Shown piece after piece: positions 17,408 through 29,206 of a stretch of 64,000 nt of DNA (position 1 is the stretch's first letter; each line of letters opens with the position of its first letter). The DNA is from an uncultured Clostridia bacterium. GTDB lineage: Bacteria > Bacillota > Clostridia > UMGS1883 > UMGS1540. The stretch is from assembly GCA_937966555.1 (NCBI GenBank), contig CALCLY010000022.1, positions 212,729 to 276,728 on the forward strand, given 5' to 3'. Both the position numbers and the translations under genes were made by a program. Under the pieces are notes generated by a model. The model had not been told where the DNA came from. It did not search any database and saw nothing but the letters and a program-made list of their open reading frames with translations.

Positions 17408-19051
17408 ATGAAAAAGAACATTATTTTCATCACCCTCACATTTTTATTGTTGTCTTCTACTGCCGTACACGCAAACGAATTTAAGATTTTTCACACTGAA
17501 CCTCGCGGCATCAGCGAGATAATACTTGATGAAAACGGGAATGAAATATCAAACTACAAAATCCCCGTACGTCGCGCGGCACGCTCGGCAAATGAGCTGC
17601 CGCAAAAATACGATTCCCGCGATTACGGCATTGTGACACCCGTAAAATCACAGGGAAGTTTCGGTACATGCTGGGCTCACAGCGTTCTTTCATGCGCGGA
17701 GTCAAATATGATTAAAAAAAGCTTCGAAACCCTGTCTGTTGACTATTCGGAACTGCATCTTTCTTATTTTTCGTCAAAAAAAGATCCAAAGTTTATGGAC
17801 GGAAATGACAGAACAAGCGAATCTTACGGATATTTCGGAGGCGGCAACAGCAAACTTGCGGCATTCTGTCTTTCAAACAGTCAGGGCACGGCGCCGGAAA
17901 ATATGTTTCCGTACAGCAAAGCCTCTTCCTCACTTGACTTTTCAATTGATGAGGGCAGCAGATATTTTTCAAATGCTTCTCTTGTTTCCTATGGTAAAAC
18001 CGATGATATTTTTGCGACAAAAAAAGCAATTATGGAATACGGAAGCGTTGCCACGGCGTATTGCGATTTAAGCATGTTTTTAAACAACCGCAAATACTAT
18101 TATTGTCCCACAAGATATACCACAAACCACGCCGTAACCATAGTAGGCTGGGACGACACTGTTTCAAAAGACAGTTTTGCCACATCTCCCGAAGGAGACG
18201 GAGCCTGGATTGTCAAAAACAGCTGGGGTACATGGTGGGGCGAAAACGGCTATTTTTACTTATCATACTACGATAAATCCATAAGCGGGTATGACTTTTT
18301 CGACATGGAAAACACAAAATCGGGCACCAAAGCATATACATACAACGGCACCGCAGCAACATACATGTTAAATGCCGATTTTGCAAATGTTTTTTGTGCC
18401 GAAAAGGACGGTAGTCTTTCCGCAGTGTCTTTTGAAACCTCTTCAGCAAGCGGGCTCACCGCTTCAACATATGAAATAGAGATATATAACCTCGGCAAAA
18501 ATACACCAAATTCCCCCGTAAATTCCACTCCAGCATGCACTATAAACGGTTCGGTTGATTTTGACGGATACCACAGAATTAAACTTGACACAGCTGTTGA
18601 GCTACAAGCAGGCGATTATTTTTCAATAATTGTGCGTCTCAGAACATCAAGCGGTTTAAATGCAATACAGTATCTTGAAGGTTATTCCGAAGGCTCCGAT
18701 GTTACATTTCACAGCAACAAGGGAGAAAGTTTCTTTTACAGCTATGGTACATGGCGAGATTTAAGCACTTTTTCGCAGTCGGGCACAAAGTTTTGCAACA
18801 GTACGATAAAAGGATACGTTGTATCACCGCAATCACGCTTATATGCATCGGGTAATGCAATTTATTTTGAAAACATTCCTATCGGAAGCTGGCTTATAGA
18901 AGCCGAATACAGTGAAAATAAACTTAAAAACATAAGACGAATTAAAACGGAAGCTGAAAACGGCTCATATTCGGTTTCATCGGAAAACACAAAATACATG
19001 ATTTGGAGTGCAGATCTTACACACCCTCTCTGCCCCGCCATACAAAGATAG
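17408..19051 (+). CDS. Secreted papain-like cysteine peptidase (family C1A) with about 250 aa of C-terminal extension.
   Basis: Signal peptide MKKNIIFITLTFLLLSSTAVHA. Catalytic motifs QGSFGTCWAHS (Cys), NHAVTIVGWDD (His) and NSWGTWWGENGYF (Asn/Trp). RBS CCGGAG. Confidence 0.85.
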   Translation: MKKNIIFITLTFLLLSSTAVHANEFKIFHTEPRGISEIILDENGNEISNYKIPVRRAARSANELPQKYDSRDYGIVTPVKSQGSFGTCWAHSVLSCAESNMIKKSFETLSVDYSELHLSYFSSKKDPKFMDGNDRTSESYGYFGGGNSKLAAFCLSNSQGTAPENMFPYSKASSSLDFSIDEGSRYFSNASLVSYGKTDDIFATKKAIMEYGSVATAYCDLSMFLNNRKYYYCPTRYTTNHAVTIVGWDDTVSKDSFATSPEGDGAWIVKNSWGTWWGENGYFYLSYYDKSISGYDFFDMENTKSGTKAYTYNGTAATYMLNADFANVFCAEKDGSLSAVSFETSSASGLTASTYEIEIYNLGKNTPNSPVNSTPACTINGSVDFDGYHRIKLDTAVELQAGDYFSIIVRLRTSSGLNAIQYLEGYSEGSDVTFHSNKGESFFYSYGTWRDLSTFSQSGTKFCNSTIKGYVVSPQSRLYASGNAIYFENIPIGSWLIEAEYSENKLKNIRRIKTEAENGSYSVSSENTKYMIWSADLTHPLCPAIQR

Positions 19052-19066
19052 GGAGAAAATTGTATA

Positions 19067-19702
19067 ATGAAAGACGAAGAATTATTTAGACTGCAAAACA
19101 TGCTTATATACGAAAATGCCGTTCACAGTATGGGCTATAAGGCTATATGCGGTGTGGACGAAGCCGGGCGCGGTCCATTAGCCGGAAATGTTTTTGCGGC
19201 AGCAGTTATTTTGCCCGACGGATATATTCTTGAAGGACTTAACGACTCCAAAAAACTTACTCCGAAAAAAAGAGACGCGCTTTATGAAATAATCGTAAAA
19301 GACGCAGTATCGTATGCCATAGCTTCGGCAAGTGTTGAAGAAATAGAAAAAATTAACATAAGAAACGCGGCATATCTTGCAATGCGGCGCGCAATTGAAA
19401 AACTCTCTCCGCCGGCTGATTTTGCGCTTATTGACGGAGACGCCGTAAAAGAGCTGGACATTGCACACCAATGCGTTATAAAAGGAGACGCAAAATCACT
19501 TTCGATTGCCGCAGCATCTGTTCTTGCCAAAGTCTCGCGTGACAGATACATAACCGAACTTTCAGACAAATATCCGCAGTATAACTTTGCAAAACACAAA
19601 GGATACGGCACAAAAGAACACAGAGAAGCGCTTCTTAAATTCGGTCCGTGCGAAATTCACAGAAAATCTTTTCTTAAAAAAATTCTCGGTGACAAAATAT
19701 GA
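19067..19702 (+). CDS. rnhB: Ribonuclease HII.
   Basis: VDEAGRGPLAGNVFAAAVIL and LIDGDA motifs; 211 aa. Confidence 0.9.
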   Translation: MKDEELFRLQNMLIYENAVHSMGYKAICGVDEAGRGPLAGNVFAAAVILPDGYILEGLNDSKKLTPKKRDALYEIIVKDAVSYAIASASVEEIEKINIRNAAYLAMRRAIEKLSPPADFALIDGDAVKELDIAHQCVIKGDAKSLSIAAASVLAKVSRDRYITELSDKYPQYNFAKHKGYGTKEHREALLKFGPCEIHRKSFLKKILGDKI

Positions 19703-20031
19703 ATAACCTCGGAAAAGCGGCGGAAACACGCGCATGCATATATCTTAAACTTCACGGATATAAAATTCTTGAGAGAAACTATACGGGGCGTTTCGGTGAA
19801 ATAGATATAATCGGCTCCAAAAATAACGAAATCACTTTTTTTGAGGTCAAACAGCGCAAGAATGACTCGTTCGGCGGTGGCGCGGCAGCCGTTACCTATT
19901 CGAAGCAGCAGAAAATCATAAAAACCGCATCGCAGTATCTTATGCAGTTTGATAAAGAGCCGGCTGTTTCTTTTGACGTCATTGAAATAACGGGCGGACG
20001 TTTAAATCATATAAAAAATGCATTTTATTAA
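19699..20031 (+). CDS. yraN: YraN-family (UPF0102) endonuclease-like protein.
   Basis: 110 aa reading HGYKILERNYTGRFGEIDIIG...FFEVKQR. ATGA overlap with rnhB, the conserved rnhB-yraN pairing. Confidence 0.8.
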   Translation: MNNLGKAAETRACIYLKLHGYKILERNYTGRFGEIDIIGSKNNEITFFEVKQRKNDSFGGGAAAVTYSKQQKIIKTASQYLMQFDKEPAVSFDVIEITGGRLNHIKNAFY

Positions 20032-20080
20032 GTTTCGCAACATATAATAATATTCGCAATTCGCGACGGGAGATGACAGT

Positions 20081-21511
20081 ATGAAACGTGAAAGCGGTGT
20101 TCTTATGCATATAAGTTCACTTTACGGAGATTATTCCGTAGGCAGCTTTGGAAAAAACGCAGAAAGTTTTATAGACTTTTTACACGACTGCGGCTTTTCA
20201 TGGTGGCAGGTTTTGCCGCTCTGCCCTATTGACGAATGTAATTCACCCTATCAGTCACATTCGGCTTTTGCCGGAAATCCGTATTTTGTTGATCTTGACA
20301 TTCTTCATGATGAAAAACTTATAACGGATTCCGAGCTTGAGGAAAGCCGCCAGAAAACGCCGTACAGCACAGAATATGCAAGGCTGTATGAAAATCGGAT
20401 CAAGCTTTTGAAAAAAGCTTCGCGGCGCGCGGAAAACCGCGCTGAAATAGAAAATTTCGCAAACAGCGACAAATATATAAAAAAATTTTGCGAATTTATG
20501 GCTTTAAAAGCTGCAAACAACGGTGCAAAATGGCAGGACTGGAGCATTTCAGAGCCTGATTCGGAAACACTGTTTATGTGGAAATTCATTCAGTTCCATT
20601 TTTTCAGACAATGGGAACGCATACATGAATACGCAAACAGCCGCGGCGTGAAAATACTCGGCGATATACCTATTTATGTCGCGCCGGACAGCTCCGATGT
20701 TTGGGGCTTTAAAGAGCAGTTTTTACTTGATGAGCACGGATTTCCCCTCTCGGTTGCCGGAGTCCCTCCCGACTATTTTGCACCCGAAGGGCAGCATTGG
20801 GGAAACCCTCTGTATAATTGGGAAGCAATGGAAAAAGACGGCTTCTCCTGGTGGTGCGACCGACTTACGCATCAGCTTAATATGTTTGACGGAGTGAGAC
20901 TCGACCATTTCAGAGGATTTGAATCTTTTTGGTCAATTCCGGCAAAATCCGTGTCCGCCAAAGACGGTTCATGGCAAAAAGGTCCGGGAATGAAACTTAT
21001 AGCTAAACTGAAAAAATGCGGAGGAGACAAACTTATAGTTGCCGAAGACTTAGGCGACATAACGCCTGAAGTAATCAATCTGCGTGATGAAAGCGGATTT
21101 CCCGGAATGCGCGTTATGCAGTTTGGGTTTCTTGAATACGGAGACAATATTCACAAACCGCATAACTACACAAACGATTGTGTGGCATACACGGGTACGC
21201 ATGACAACAATACACTTTTGGGCTATTTGTGGGAGCTTCCGATGGATATGAAAACACGTATGCTGCGCTATTGCGGATACTGCTCCGACAACTGGGAGCA
21301 GGGATTTGATTCTCTTGTGCGCACTCTCTTTGCCTCAAGCGCAGGACTCGTCATGCTGCCCATACAGGATTTATTAAAATACGGGTCCGACACACGCCTC
21401 AATATTCCGGGCAAGGCAGACGGTAACTGGCAGTACAGAATAACCGAAGAACAACTTATGTCTATAGACAAATCTTATTATAAATCGCTCAATGACCTTT
21501 ACTCAAGATAA
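20081..21511 (+). CDS. malQ: 4-alpha-glucanotransferase (amylomaltase, GH77).
   Basis: N-terminal GVLMHISSLYGDYSVGSFG is typical of MalQ; 476 aa; GGGAGATGACAGT RBS. Confidence 0.9.
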   Translation: MKRESGVLMHISSLYGDYSVGSFGKNAESFIDFLHDCGFSWWQVLPLCPIDECNSPYQSHSAFAGNPYFVDLDILHDEKLITDSELEESRQKTPYSTEYARLYENRIKLLKKASRRAENRAEIENFANSDKYIKKFCEFMALKAANNGAKWQDWSISEPDSETLFMWKFIQFHFFRQWERIHEYANSRGVKILGDIPIYVAPDSSDVWGFKEQFLLDEHGFPLSVAGVPPDYFAPEGQHWGNPLYNWEAMEKDGFSWWCDRLTHQLNMFDGVRLDHFRGFESFWSIPAKSVSAKDGSWQKGPGMKLIAKLKKCGGDKLIVAEDLGDITPEVINLRDESGFPGMRVMQFGFLEYGDNIHKPHNYTNDCVAYTGTHDNNTLLGYLWELPMDMKTRMLRYCGYCSDNWEQGFDSLVRTLFASSAGLVMLPIQDLLKYGSDTRLNIPGKADGNWQYRITEEQLMSIDKSYYKSLNDLYSR

Positions 21512-21637
21512 CAGAATCCGCCTAAAAATAACCTAAAATTTCCTGTACCTCGGAAGCTCTTTTATCACATTAACAGAAAATTACATTTACTATTGCACCA
21601 CAACAAAAAATATGATAAAATAATAGATGTAGTTTTA

Positions 21638-23003
<1,366 letters not shown>

Positions 23004-23022
23004 CAATCGAACCTATTGCAAA

Positions 23023-23070
23023 AAGGATTCGCTGCAAAATGATTTTTTTTGCGGCAAATCCTTTTTTTAA
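23023..23070. terminator. Intrinsic terminator downstream of gdhA.
   Basis: AAAGGATTCGCTGCAAAA ... TTTTGCGGCAAATCCTTT hairpin (two wobble/mismatch positions) followed by a T7 run. Confidence 0.5.
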
Positions 23071-23095
23071 TGCGCTGCGTTTTGTCAATACGGTT

Positions 23096-23431
23096 TAATG
23101 TAAATACTTTCCCTTCTCTGTTTCTTAATCTCTCTATAAAATCATACTCGCTTTGCAGCGGGGATTCAAACTCCATACCTGCAAGTTCTTTCTTTTTGCC
23201 TGCCGTATGATTATCCGATCCCGCAGTGGAAGCGAAGCCGTATTCTTTGGCAAATATTCCTGCCATACGGTTTTCATGTTCCGTTCTGCTCGCATTTATG
23301 ACCTTAACCCCGTCTATGCAATTGGGATACAGCCTTATATGGTCTATATAATCCGCTTCACGAAACGGATGAGCATGAACAACAAATCCGCCGTTATTCC
23401 TAATATATTTAAGCTGAGTGCGCTTATCCAT
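23096..23431 (-). pseudogene. 5'-truncated paralog of the PHP-domain gene at 24402..25511; only the C-terminal half of the PHP fold is present and there is no proper stop.
   Basis: NGGFVVHAHPFREADYIDHIRLYPNCIDGVKVIN...GSDNH aligns with AGGIIVQAHPFRSVCTPKPAELLDGVEVFN...GSDCH of the full-length gene. The N-terminal HxH/TDH part is absent. The reading frame runs through the gdhA terminator hairpin and 70 bp into the gdhA 3' end (track ORF 22931..23431). Confidence 0.5.
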
Positions 23432-23764
23432 ATTTATTATTTGAGGATTATCAATATACCACTGCGGAAGCTGCGGCGCATCGGCTCACGGGAGCTGTAT
23501 GCAAATGTGTTTCATACCTAAACATAATTATCATCTCTTTTTCCATTATTCTAAATACATTATAGCGCTATAAAAAATTTTTTCAAGTTTATTAATGAGT
23601 TTTTTTATAATTGTTTCGGATGCCGGAAATTTGTTTACATAAAACTACTTTTGTGTGCAAATAATAGATTTGCAGAATAATTTCTTATCTTTACGCCAAA
23701 AGCGTCAAGAAATTATCACAAAATATTTGTGCCGCTATACGGCAGAATGGAGAATAAGATAACT

Positions 23765-24304
23765 ATGAAAGCAACAGGAATTGTAAGAAGAATTGACGAT
23801 CTCGGCAGAGTTGTTATTCCGAAAGAAATCAGAAGAACCCACAGAATAAAAGAAGGCGACCCGCTTGAAATATATACCGACAGAGACGGTGAGGTTATAT
23901 TTAAAAAATACTCTCCCATAGGAGAACTTTCGGATTTTGCAACATCTTATGCTGAAACTTTGTCAAAAACATCGGGATGCCCTGTATGCATAACCGACAA
24001 GGACAGCATAATAGCCGTATCTGGTGTTCCGAAGCGCGAACTTCACGATAAACGTGTAAGCCACGAACTTGAAAATGTTATGAACGAAAAAACGCAGTTT
24101 ATTAAAAAGAATTCGGACAGCAAGTCTGTATCCGTTGCAGACGGAAGCGAAAAATACTATGCGGGAGTTGTGGTCCCGATTATCTCCGAAGGAGATTCTA
24201 TAGGCAGCGTTGTTATGTTCAGCGATGAAAACCGCGCAATGGGTGAAATCGAAACAAAACTGGCGGAATCCGCCGCAGGCTTTCTCGGAAAACAAATGGA
24301 ATAG
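23765..24304 (+). CDS. spoVT: Stage V sporulation protein T (AbrB-type N-terminal domain plus GAF domain).
   Basis: MKATGIVRRIDDLGRVVIPKEIRRTHRIKEGDPLEIYTDRDGEVIFKKYSPIGELSDFA is near-identical to B. subtilis SpoVT at the N-terminus. The C-terminal AAGFLGKQME also matches; 179 aa. Confidence 0.9.
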   Translation: MKATGIVRRIDDLGRVVIPKEIRRTHRIKEGDPLEIYTDRDGEVIFKKYSPIGELSDFATSYAETLSKTSGCPVCITDKDSIIAVSGVPKRELHDKRVSHELENVMNEKTQFIKKNSDSKSVSVADGSEKYYAGVVVPIISEGDSIGSVVMFSDENRAMGEIETKLAESAAGFLGKQME

Positions 24305-24335
24305 AATTCCCGATTTTATAAGCGAAAAACAAACG

Positions 24336-24393
24336 GACATATTCTTAAATCAGCTTTGGCAATAACTTTAAGAATATGTCTGCTTTTTATTTG
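24336..24393. terminator. Bidirectional intrinsic terminator between the convergent spoVT and PHP genes.
   Basis: Perfect 14-bp stem GACATATTCTTAAA / TTTAAGAATATGTC with a 17-nt loop, followed by TGCTTTTTATTT. Confidence 0.6.
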
Positions 24394-24401
24394 TACAGAT
24401 T

Positions 24402-25511
24402 TTATTTTGTAAGCTCGCTGATTTCTATATCTTCAGCCATAAACTGGACTCCGAAACCGCAAAAGCCGCGCCGCAGCATATCAAGCCCGATAAATGTTGT
24501 ATCGCCTTCTTTATAAGGTCTTTTATCGTCACTCTTATTTGACACCACAAAAAGTACACCCAACTCCGCTGCTCTTTCCCTGTCATCGTCCGAAAGCTCA
24601 TCGCAAACAAGTATCGAAGGCTCTGTTTCGCACAAATCCGCAAGAGCTTCCATGCCGAAAACAATCTGAAATCTGTTTATTATATGTATTTTACCATATT
24701 CTTTGGGCGCGCACAGTGTCAGACAAGACTCGCATTCCTGTGCTTTTTCGTCCATATTTATCACAACTTGTGCTCCGCGCATGCCTGCTATTCTCTCTAT
24801 ATTTTTGGTCTTTCCGCCTGCAAATACGGCATTGAGCCACTGGGGCTCCGTTCTTATAAGCTCATACGGAATTTCACGAAGCGCTTTTGCAAGGTTATCG
24901 TCTTCAGGTTCTCTCTCAAAGATAATGCCGCCGTTTCCCACGCCGTGATGGTAATGACAGTCTGACCCCGAAAGCATGAGTTTGCCGTATTCTTTTCCGA
25001 GAGCAAAAGCTTTATCGTTATGTGAATTATGACCGAAATGCCCGTTAAACACTTCAACACCGTCCAACAATTCGGCAGGTTTCGGCGTGCACACACTTCT
25101 GAAAGGATGCGCCTGCACAATTATTCCTCCGGCTTCGTTTACAAGTCTTTTAATCTCTGCCAAATCTCTTTCATAAAGATATTCGTTTTTATAGAAAAAC
25201 TCTTTATCGAGTCCGTGCAGCAAATACTCGTTTGAATTCTCGGGAAGTTTAAGTTCCATGCCGCAAAAAATTCGAAATCCGGGAATATTTTCCGCACATT
25301 TCACAGCCGCGTCATAGCCTTTATAATAAAGCGTAACCTTGTCTTCCCACGAATCAGCTCCGATATTGTCGAGAATAAATCTGTTAAAATGATCTGTTAT
25401 AGTGAGACCGTTATATCCCGCTTTGCTGTAAAGCCTCACAAGTTCCTCGGCACTTATGTGGCTGCATGGACTTACTTCCGATGTGTGTGCATGCATTTCT
25501 GTCTTAAACAT
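24402..25511 (-). CDS. PHP-domain (polymerase/histidinol-phosphatase-like) metal-dependent phosphoesterase with an extra C-terminal domain.
   Basis: N-terminal MHAHTSEVSPCS...TITDH and HPFR, GSDCHYHHG His clusters. Start trimmed to ATG 25511 (GAGAGGTAG RBS). Confidence 0.75.
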   Translation of the reverse strand: MFKTEMHAHTSEVSPCSHISAEELVRLYSKAGYNGLTITDHFNRFILDNIGADSWEDKVTLYYKGYDAAVKCAENIPGFRIFCGMELKLPENSNEYLLHGLDKEFFYKNEYLYERDLAEIKRLVNEAGGIIVQAHPFRSVCTPKPAELLDGVEVFNGHFGHNSHNDKAFALGKEYGKLMLSGSDCHYHHGVGNGGIIFEREPEDDNLAKALREIPYELIRTEPQWLNAVFAGGKTKNIERIAGMRGAQVVINMDEKAQECESCLTLCAPKEYGKIHIINRFQIVFGMEALADLCETEPSILVCDELSDDDRERAAELGVLFVVSNKSDDKRPYKEGDTTFIGLDMLRRGFCGFGVQFMAEDIEISELTK

Positions 25512-25518
25512 AAATAAA

Positions 25519-28311
25519 CTACCTCTCTTCCGTCGCTGTCGTATTTTGATCAGCTTCATTGTCTATATTTTCCGCCTGGCTGCTTTCTGCTCTTTTTTCC
25601 TCTATTTCGTCAAAAATCTTTCCGAGTTCATCAAGCGCAGCACCGAATGCTTTATATCCTCCGTTTGCGCTGTAAGACTGCATTTCATTATATTTCTTGC
25701 TTGCTTCATCTATCAGCATTTCAAGAGTCTTTTCCTCATCGTCGCCTGCGCTGGGAGTTTTGTTTGCAAATATCACATCAAGCGCCTCTCCTATTGTGGG
25801 CTCCATTGCAACTTTATCGCCGTATGCCACGGCAATACGTTTAACCTCCGGCAGCGCCGCCGAATTTTTAGCAGTTATATAAATAGGCTCAACATACAAA
25901 AGCGATTCTTTAATTGGTATAACAAGAAGGTTTCCTTTTATAACATTTGAACCGCCCTGATCCCAAAGTGAAATTTCTTTTGAAATATTCGGATCATTGT
26001 CTATCTTGTTTTCAATATGAAGCGTCCCGTAAACAGTCTTTCCCTTGGGGAATCTGTAAACCACGGTTTTTCCGTAATTATCCGCCCCACATCCGACAGC
26101 CATCCATGCCACAAGATTTTCCTTTCCCTGGGGAGTGTACGGCTGCATCAGCACGAGTGATTCACTGTCCTCACCGTCAAGCTTCATGAGATTATAATAA
26201 GGCTCAACATCAACGCTTTCGCCGCCGGCATATTTTTCCTTTGCCGTAACCCATATATCAGAGCGGCTGTAAAGAGCCTCGGGCTCTGTTATATGATACG
26301 ACTTATAAACCTCCGAGCGAAGCTTGAAAAGATATTCCGGATAATGCATCTGCTCACTTATATAAAGCGGCAGCTCATCTTCATGAAATACTCCGGGATA
26401 CATACGGCTTAAAACACGTATTACCGGATCATCCGTATCGGTAATATAAAATTCAACATTGCCGTCATACGCATCAACAACCGCTTTCACGGAATTTCTT
26501 ATATAATTTACGCCGTCATACTTTTGCGCATACGGAAATTTATCCGATGTTGTGTACGCATCAATAACCCATTTGATTCTTCCGTCGTAATCTATAACAA
26601 CATAAGGGTCTTTGTCGTATTTTAAAAACGGTACAGCTTTTTTAACACGGCTTATAACATTTCTGTTGCATAAAATTTTGCTGTTTCCCGTAATATATCC
26701 CGAAAAAAGCAGCATCGGATCACCGCAACGAACAGCAAAAGAAAATCTGTTGAAAAGATTGAGTTTTATTCCCGCTTTTCCGTCATAGGAATACTCAACC
26801 GTTCTGTCACCTTCCATATAGTCAAGCTCGCTGTACTTGGTTTTAACTATTGCATAGTCATTCGAATGCTCTCCGAAATAGATTCTCGGCTGCTCAATTT
26901 TGGGCATACCTGTTTCGGAGTATGTCGGAATATCTTTAATAAGATATTCCGGCTGTCCTTCTTCCGTAACTTTATTTAAAGGACTTGCCACTATTCCGTA
27001 GCCGTGCGTATAACGCAGCTTTTTGTTGATATAGCTCTGCGCCGACTCAGGAAGCTTATCTGTGTCAAGCTCACGCACTGAAACCGCAAAAGCCGTTTTT
27101 GTTCCGTTATAATCAAGCGTTACGATATCATTATCTTTGAATGTATAAAAACTTCTCAGCCCCTGAATTGAGTTTGTGGCGGTAAGCGTCTGGTTCAAAT
27201 CTGTTATTCTGATATTATCGATTGTCTTATACTCGTCTTTAATATCATGTGAAGTAAGACCGTTTTCTGCCAGATATTCGCATTCAGATACATTCTGAAG
27301 GCTGAAACCTCGCCTTGTGGCATCAATATTATAAGTGATATACTGTCTTTCCATGGAAACTTCATAAGGCTTAACAAAAGCAAGCTGCACAATAAATGCG
27401 CACAAAATTACAAGAACATAGGAAGCCGGAATCAGCGCCGCACTTATAACGGCATTTTTTACTTTTCCTCTTTTTATAAATAAGCATGCGGCCACAACCG
27501 AAAGCAAAAGCAATATCGGGAAAAAAGTATAATAATTACGCCAAACGGTTACATCCGTAAAACCTGCTCCGCTTAAATTTCCGAATTCGCCAAACAGTAT
27601 TCCTTCTGCCGTTATATTCATCGAAAAAGCATAAGCGGTAAAGAGAAGAAATGCCAGCACAACAATATGAATGATAATTCTTTTTTGAGTAAATATATTT
27701 TTAAATGACAAAAAATCCGTTCTCAAATAAGCCGCGGCATAAAGTGCCGCCGTATAAATAAGCTGAAAAGAAAAAACTATTTTCACACTGTCAAACACAG
27801 CAGACATAAAAGGCCGCTGAAACATGTAGTAGCCTATATCTCTGCCGAAAATCGGATCTGTCTCCCCGAAAGGAAGGCTGCTGTAATATGAAAGATACAG
27901 CGGAGCCGTTTTTTTTGCCGTAAAAATCGCGAAAACAAATGCGACGGCAAGTGCCCATAAAAACATTTTTTTCTTGGTTCTGAAAAAAACAAAATCGCCG
28001 AAAATTCTCTTTTCGTTAATCCGTGTTACAAAAAGATTTACGGCAAATACAATAAAGATAATCAGAAGGCACACAGCACCTACGATAGTTCCGGTTTCAA
28101 TGTTTTTCAGAAAAATACTGGTATATCCTATTTCTGCCTTTTCTTCATAAAGCGTCGTAACTTCCGCAATAAGAAAAAGAAGTGCCAGCACTGCCGCAGC
28201 AATCGCGGCGGTAATTATAATTTTTTTGTATTTCGTGCCGTTTTTCAAATCAGCATCAACTCCCAAAAATTTATTCTTCAAACAATGCTCTTGCAAATTC
28301 CTCGGCGTCAA
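25519..28311 (-). CDS. UPF0182-family large membrane protein (N-terminal multi-TM region plus large extracytoplasmic domain).
   Basis: About 900 aa with seven predicted N-terminal TM helices, then a soluble domain. The track start is TTG 28311, which overlaps ftsY by 41 bp. A more likely start is TTG 28245 (MKNGTKYKKIIITAA, GGGAG RBS), giving 25519..28245. Confidence 0.7.
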   Translation of the reverse strand: MTPRNLQEHCLKNKFLGVDADLKNGTKYKKIIITAAIAAAVLALLFLIAEVTTLYEEKAEIGYTSIFLKNIETGTIVGAVCLLIIFIVFAVNLFVTRINEKRIFGDFVFFRTKKKMFLWALAVAFVFAIFTAKKTAPLYLSYYSSLPFGETDPIFGRDIGYYMFQRPFMSAVFDSVKIVFSFQLIYTAALYAAAYLRTDFLSFKNIFTQKRIIIHIVVLAFLLFTAYAFSMNITAEGILFGEFGNLSGAGFTDVTVWRNYYTFFPILLLLSVVAACLFIKRGKVKNAVISAALIPASYVLVILCAFIVQLAFVKPYEVSMERQYITYNIDATRRGFSLQNVSECEYLAENGLTSHDIKDEYKTIDNIRITDLNQTLTATNSIQGLRSFYTFKDNDIVTLDYNGTKTAFAVSVRELDTDKLPESAQSYINKKLRYTHGYGIVASPLNKVTEEGQPEYLIKDIPTYSETGMPKIEQPRIYFGEHSNDYAIVKTKYSELDYMEGDRTVEYSYDGKAGIKLNLFNRFSFAVRCGDPMLLFSGYITGNSKILCNRNVISRVKKAVPFLKYDKDPYVVIDYDGRIKWVIDAYTTSDKFPYAQKYDGVNYIRNSVKAVVDAYDGNVEFYITDTDDPVIRVLSRMYPGVFHEDELPLYISEQMHYPEYLFKLRSEVYKSYHITEPEALYSRSDIWVTAKEKYAGGESVDVEPYYNLMKLDGEDSESLVLMQPYTPQGKENLVAWMAVGCGADNYGKTVVYRFPKGKTVYGTLHIENKIDNDPNISKEISLWDQGGSNVIKGNLLVIPIKESLLYVEPIYITAKNSAALPEVKRIAVAYGDKVAMEPTIGEALDVIFANKTPSAGDDEEKTLEMLIDEASKKYNEMQSYSANGGYKAFGAALDELGKIFDEIEEKRAESSQAENIDNEADQNTTATEER

Positions 28312-29194
28312 ACGGTCTTAGGTCGTCCGTCTCCTCGCCTATCCCTATAAATTTCACAGGTATATCCATCTTCTGTGATATCGAGATGACTATTCCGCCT
28401 TTTGCGGTACCGTCAAGTTTTGTCAGAATTATTCCCGTAATATCGGTAGTTTTTGAAAACATCTCTGCCTGCACCGCGGCATTTTGACCCGTTGAAGCAT
28501 CAAGCACAAGAAGCGTTTCTCTTGAGCTTTCGGGAAGTTCTCTGTCTATAATCCTGTTCATTTTGGCAAGTTCATCCATAAGATTTTTCTTATTATGAAG
28601 TCTTCCCGCCGTATCGCATATCAAAACATCACAGTTTCTTTTTTTAGCTGCATTGCATGCGTCGAAAAGAACAGATGACGGGTCTGCCCCTTCCGCGCCG
28701 CGCACAATATCAGCCCCTGCCCTGTCTGCCCAAAGCTCTAGCTGCTCCGCAGCCGCCGCTCTGAATGTATCTGCCGCAGCAAGCAAAACTTTTTTGCCGT
28801 CCGCAACAAAATGTGCGGCAAGCTTTCCGATGCTTGTGGTCTTTCCTACTCCGTTTACACCTATAACCATTATAACCGCGGGTTTGCCGCTTAAATCAAG
28901 TCCGGCATTCTCCGAAGTCATTTTTTCAGTAATGATTTTTTGCAGCAACGCGCGCACCTCGTTGCCATCCGTTACTCTTTCGCTCTTAACTCTGTCTCGC
29001 AGCTCATCCGTAATATCCATTGCAAGTTCAGCCCCGATATCTCCGCCTATAAGAGCCTCGCAAAGTTCGTCAAAAAGATCCTCATCTATCCTGACAAAGG
29101 ATTTAAGCACATTTTCCACACCTTCCGAAAATGCGTTTCTTGTTTTTGACAAACCGTCTTTAAGTCTCTGAAAAAGTCCTTTTTTTTCGCTCAT
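28271..29194 (-). CDS. ftsY: Signal recognition particle receptor FtsY.
   Basis: GTPase motifs GVNGVGKTT and DTAGR, with an NG domain throughout; 307 aa. Confidence 0.95.
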   Translation of the reverse strand: MSEKKGLFQRLKDGLSKTRNAFSEGVENVLKSFVRIDEDLFDELCEALIGGDIGAELAMDITDELRDRVKSERVTDGNEVRALLQKIITEKMTSENAGLDLSGKPAVIMVIGVNGVGKTTSIGKLAAHFVADGKKVLLAAADTFRAAAAEQLELWADRAGADIVRGAEGADPSSVLFDACNAAKKRNCDVLICDTAGRLHNKKNLMDELAKMNRIIDRELPESSRETLLVLDASTGQNAAVQAEMFSKTTDITGIILTKLDGTAKGGIVISISQKMDIPVKFIGIGEETDDLRPFDAEEFARALFEE

Positions 29195-29206
29195 GTCTTT
29201 CCCCTT

